In this document: positions 60,279 to 64,000 of the stretch, piece by piece
Layout: each line of letters starts with the position of its first letter
How positions within the stretch are numbered: the stretch's first letter is position 1
Assembly: GCA_963713865.1 (NCBI GenBank)
Contig: OY970208.1
Location: forward strand, 704,001 to 768,000
Reading direction: 5' to 3'
Length of the DNA stretch: 64,000 nt
From: an uncultured candidate division Zixibacteria bacterium
Lineage (GTDB): Bacteria; Zixibacteria; MSB-5A5; RBG-16-43-9
Notes under the pieces: generated by a model
What the model saw: the letters and a program-made list of their open reading frames with translations, nothing else
The model's database searches: none
Told to the model about the DNA's origin: nothing
Translations under genes and position numbers: made by a program

Positions 60279-61778
60279 CTATTTAAAAAGCTCTGAAGCT
60301 TTAATAACCGTTATATCTTCAGGTTTGATTTTAAGGTCAAAGGCTTTGATTATTTCATCCTCTTCTTTGAGCAAAGCACCTCCTGCCCCTGAAGGATACT
60401 CGATCACGGTTTTATCCGAGAGCAGTTCTTTTTTGAAATCGTCTGCATTGCTGACTATCGCTACTATAATTAAATCTTCCGGGAAGTTATATTTCTTCAG
60501 ATCCTGGTTTACCTGAGCTGAGGTAACATTTTTCATCTTTCTCTCGAAATTATCCACAAATCCGTAGTTACCATAAAATTCCTCATTCATCAACTGTCCC
60601 AATTTCCTCTGCGGAGTCTCGATCTCGAAGGGGAAATGGTTGATCTCGAAACTCTTATATCTCTCCAATTCTTTTTCCGGAACCCCGTTTTCAACCAGAT
60701 CGGTTAGGTCTTTCAAAACCAGTTTCATGGCAAATTTCCCATTTATCCTTTTGGGATAAGTCCAGATGCTGAAATATTGATCGTGTCTCGGGGTATTGGG
60801 AGAAGCTAAATTAGACCAGCCTGCTTGCTGAAAATACTCCATATAGCTATAAGCGCCATAGCTTAAACCATGTGCAGTCCTGACTGTGCGGAATAAAACC
60901 CCGAACTGTTCACGGTGTTTTCCAAAATAGGTATTTGCCACATAAAGGGGGAAAAAGATTTTTTCATCTTTTCGGTTGAAACTAAGTGGCTGTCCAAAAC
61001 AGAGCTGGGTTTGATCCCTTCCTTCTTTTTCAATCAAAAATAGCTTTCTACCTTTAAGAGGCTGAACTACTCTTTCCGGATGAGTAACTTCACCCTCTTT
61101 CAACCCGGAAAAATCTTTTCTCACCTTATCAACCAGGTTCTGGTCAATATCCCCGGCTAATCCTATGATCAGGTTATTTTTTACAAAATTGGCATTATAG
61201 AAATTCTGAACGTCTTCTTTGGTAAATCCCTTAATAGCGGACAGGTTTCCAACTGGTGGATGACCATAAGGATGCTCTTTATAGATAAAATCCTGCAAGC
61301 ATTCTTTTACTAATTCCGCATCATCCTGCACCAGCATATTTATTCCGTCTTCCTGGTCTTTTTTCTGTTTCTCTATCTCTACTTCCGGAAATGTTGGTTT
61401 TAACAAAACCTCAGAAAAAAGCGGAAAGAATTTATCTAAGTTTTCCTTCAAAGTAGTTCCGCTTATCACTATTGCCTCTTTATCCACTTCAACATTTATT
61501 CCAGCGCTCAGAAAATCCAAAAGATCCTCGATCTGTTCACGGTTATATGACTGAGTTCCTTTTTTCAAGAGGGAAAAGGTGAAATCAGCTAAGCCCTCTT
61601 TCCCCTGAGGGTCATCGGCTGAGCCGGAGAAAACCATCACCTGGAAATGAACCACCGGTATCCCCGGTTTTTTTACTTCAAGAATTTTGAGCTTCGTGGT
61701 TTTACCACAACCCAGCGAAAAAACTAATAAAAATATCATTAAACCTAAGAGTAAAACTTTTAATCTCAGATTTCTCAT
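60279..61778 (-). CDS. M16 peptidase family, non-catalytic subunit (probable lipoprotein)
   Basis: LGC lipobox-like motif; GS..DP.GKEGLA without HXXEH; GLSYG motif. Confidence 0.85.
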   Translation of the reverse strand: MRNLRLKVLLLGLMIFLLVFSLGCGKTTKLKILEVKKPGIPVVHFQVMVFSGSADDPQGKEGLADFTFSLLKKGTQSYNREQIEDLLDFLSAGINVEVDKEAIVISGTTLKENLDKFFPLFSEVLLKPTFPEVEIEKQKKDQEDGINMLVQDDAELVKECLQDFIYKEHPYGHPPVGNLSAIKGFTKEDVQNFYNANFVKNNLIIGLAGDIDQNLVDKVRKDFSGLKEGEVTHPERVVQPLKGRKLFLIEKEGRDQTQLCFGQPLSFNRKDEKIFFPLYVANTYFGKHREQFGVLFRTVRTAHGLSYGAYSYMEYFQQAGWSNLASPNTPRHDQYFSIWTYPKRINGKFAMKLVLKDLTDLVENGVPEKELERYKSFEINHFPFEIETPQRKLGQLMNEEFYGNYGFVDNFERKMKNVTSAQVNQDLKKYNFPEDLIIVAIVSNADDFKKELLSDKTVIEYPSGAGGALLKEEDEIIKAFDLKIKPEDITVIKASELFK

Positions 61779-61811
61779 CTTTATTCCTCCATTAATTTTA
61801 GAATTGCTTGA

Positions 61812-63152
61812 TTACTTTTTAGGAATCAGAGTAAGAACAGTCCGGTTCTCAGGTGTAAAATATTTCTTTGTAACTTCCTGAATTATTTCCGGGGTAACCT
61901 CTTTAAATTTCTTTTGAATCTCAAAAAGGAGATTATAATCCCCGCCGGTCAACTGATAATGCCCGATGGTATAAGCAACTGATAAGGGACTCTCCATCCG
62001 ATAGACCATCTCGGCTTTCACGGAGTTTTTTGCCTTCTGTAGCTCTTCATCGGTCACTGGGTCACTTTTTAATTTATCGAGCTCCTCCAAGATCAGAGAT
62101 TTTACTTCATCTAACGATTTTCCTCTTTTCAGAGAGGCGCGGATGACAAAGAGACCAGGATCCTTTCTATCATCCATATCGCCTGAGATATGCTCAACCA
62201 ATTGCAAGTCCTGGTAAAGTTTTTTAGTAATTCTGCCTGAGGACATAAACATAATCCGGCTGATTAAATGCAATGCGCAGAAATCGTAATCTTTTAACTC
62301 AAAACTCGGTCCGTGAAAAGCCAAAAGAAGCTTGGGCGAGACCTGACTATCCTTCCAGACATAATTTCTTACCCTCTCCTTAACCTGTTGAGGTTCAGCC
62401 GGGATATTAATCTCCGGAGCAGGTGATTTCTCCCAGTCTCCGTAATATTTTTTTATAAGCTCCAATACCTTCGGAGTGTCGAAATTTCCAGTTACGATTA
62501 TAGTGGTATATGCGGGTGAATAGAAATTCTTTTTGAAATCCAAGCCATCTTGAAGTTTAATATTTTTCTCTAAATCCTCCTCAAAACCTATTACCGGATG
62601 ATGATAAGGATGAACCTGATAAGCAAGCTGAACCAGCTCATCGCTTAAAAAACCATCCGGGTCATCTACATCAAACCTTCTTCTCTCCTCTTTAACCGGA
62701 CCCATCTCCGTGCGAAAAGTCTCGTTGGTAAAGATCAGATTCCTTAACCTGTCAGCCTCAATCGGGATTATGTCTTTTAAGTAATCTTTTTTCACTATCA
62801 CAAAATAGTTAGTATAATCTTCATCCGTAGAGGCATTGGTTCCGGCGCCGAAAGAGGCAACCGCATCGTGATAGACCGGGTATTTTTCAGTCCCCCGGAA
62901 CATCATATGCTCGAAGATATGAGCCAAACCGGTAGTTCCAGGCTTTTCCTCCCTGGAACCAGCATTTATAAAAGTTATATAGCAAACCGTAGGAGCTGAC
63001 TTATCCTCACAGGTTAAGATGGTCAAACCGTTATCCAGGACATTTTTCTGGATATTCAATTTTATCTCTTGAGCCTGCACAGGTATAATTGAAATAAAAG
63101 CCAGCAAGAGCAAAGAAAAAACAAGGGTGATAAAACTTTGTTTCTTGATCAT
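61812..63152 (-). CDS. M16 zinc peptidase, catalytic subunit
   Basis: Signal peptide; GLAHIFEHMMFRGT (HXXEH), NAST, EERR. Confidence 0.92.
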   Translation of the reverse strand: MIKKQSFITLVFSLLLLAFISIIPVQAQEIKLNIQKNVLDNGLTILTCEDKSAPTVCYITFINAGSREEKPGTTGLAHIFEHMMFRGTEKYPVYHDAVASFGAGTNASTDEDYTNYFVIVKKDYLKDIIPIEADRLRNLIFTNETFRTEMGPVKEERRRFDVDDPDGFLSDELVQLAYQVHPYHHPVIGFEEDLEKNIKLQDGLDFKKNFYSPAYTTIIVTGNFDTPKVLELIKKYYGDWEKSPAPEINIPAEPQQVKERVRNYVWKDSQVSPKLLLAFHGPSFELKDYDFCALHLISRIMFMSSGRITKKLYQDLQLVEHISGDMDDRKDPGLFVIRASLKRGKSLDEVKSLILEELDKLKSDPVTDEELQKAKNSVKAEMVYRMESPLSVAYTIGHYQLTGGDYNLLFEIQKKFKEVTPEIIQEVTKKYFTPENRTVLTLIPKK

Positions 63153-63476
63153 ATCCTCTCCTTATCTAGATATTTAGAGGGTATAGGTTTTCACCTGACA
63201 TCTGATTATTTAATCTATCAGGCTCGATTTGTCAAATGATTTCTCTACAAATGTTATTGCAAGATTAAAATGTCCTGTTAGCATGTTTTAGTTAAGTGTA
63301 AATACATATGGTTTTTGCGCTTCTTCCACCTGACCTGCTCCCGCATTTTGCGGGATCGGGTCGGTGGACCCGACAGGTACAAGGATATTTAGATACAGTG
63401 AAAATAATGCTCAAAGGAGGTGAGTTTTTGTAGACCCGATTTCAAATCTCATCGGGGAGATTCCCAAGAAAAATAA

Positions 63477-63504
63477 TTGACAAGATAGCATAAATAATTA
63501 TAAT
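63477..63504 (+). promoter_or_regulatory. Sigma-70 promoter
   Basis: TTGACA-16 nt-TATAAT; the downstream gene is unclear. Confidence 0.55.
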
Positions 63505-64000
63505 GCTGTATATGAATATAATAAATTTCTGTGAAAGTCGGGCTACAGAACACTGTTCATTTGTCAGGTGCGCAGGGCACGTGACCTGAGAGGCTTAGGT
63601 CCAAGAACCGTAAAACGCCCAGAAAGTTTATACGGAAGGGAAAAAACTCTATTTACCGGTTTATACAGCCTGTATAAGCCGGAGAGTAATGAAGCAAGAG
63701 AATCATGTCTCAAGATCCAGAATTCGGACAAGACACTAATATTAGGTCCGAATTTGACATTTGACTCAGATGAGGATCCTGTGGACAAGTTAAAACACTT
63801 GGCTTTGTTTTTAAACGACGTATTATACAGAAACGAGCAGCCCGTCTTTGTAGACTTATATGGACTGCATAATCATAGTTAGGCCGCAATTCACACACTA
63901 TATTAATTACTTAATCGGAGTGATAGGTAATTGATGATTACTACTAATGTATGGGAAATCTATTGGAACAATCAAGACAATTGGGACTGGTGGAAAAAGC

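Noticed and set aside
63560-63882. Group II intron 5' end (GTGCG at 63568) or a 104-aa gene
   Set aside because: GTGCG lies inside a TCAGGT...ACCTGA REP-like hairpin. No intron domains, RT, RBS or protein motif recognised; possibly a gene remnant.

Overview
64 kb of AT-rich bacterial chromosome using standard code 11. FG-GAP proteins with a dockerin or a FlgD/T9SS-like C-terminal domain suggest an FCB-group lineage such as Zixibacteria (inference). Housekeeping blocks (yggS-divIVA-punA-ileS-dksA-like, cdaR-tsaD, galT, ruvX-mltG, ECF CbiMQO, an extended ars operon, an M16 peptidase pair) alternate with accessory DNA, and most intergenic gaps hold REP-like palindromes. Top observation: two tandem, signal-peptide-bearing DUF1573-like paralogues (47961-49531) each have an in-frame TGA exactly at the first Cys of the family CGC motif (UGA-G-C-T). 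Each TGA is followed by a 53-nt segment that is nearly identical between the genes and folds into hairpins, so these are candidate exported UxC selenoproteins with a SECIS-like element that the ORF track splits into four pieces. Other notable items: integron relics at three loci, two of them next to a displaced, diverged copy of the neighbouring gene's 3' end; a 14-repeat FG-GAP protein with a near-constant framework and hypervariable loop codons; a RadC-N / Type IIG R-M / small-ORF unit; a GXHH-motif IleRS2; divergent sigma-54 promoters at a PEP-CTERM gene. No rRNA, tRNA or CRISPR array was recognised. Family calls come from motif recognition by eye; no database searches were run.
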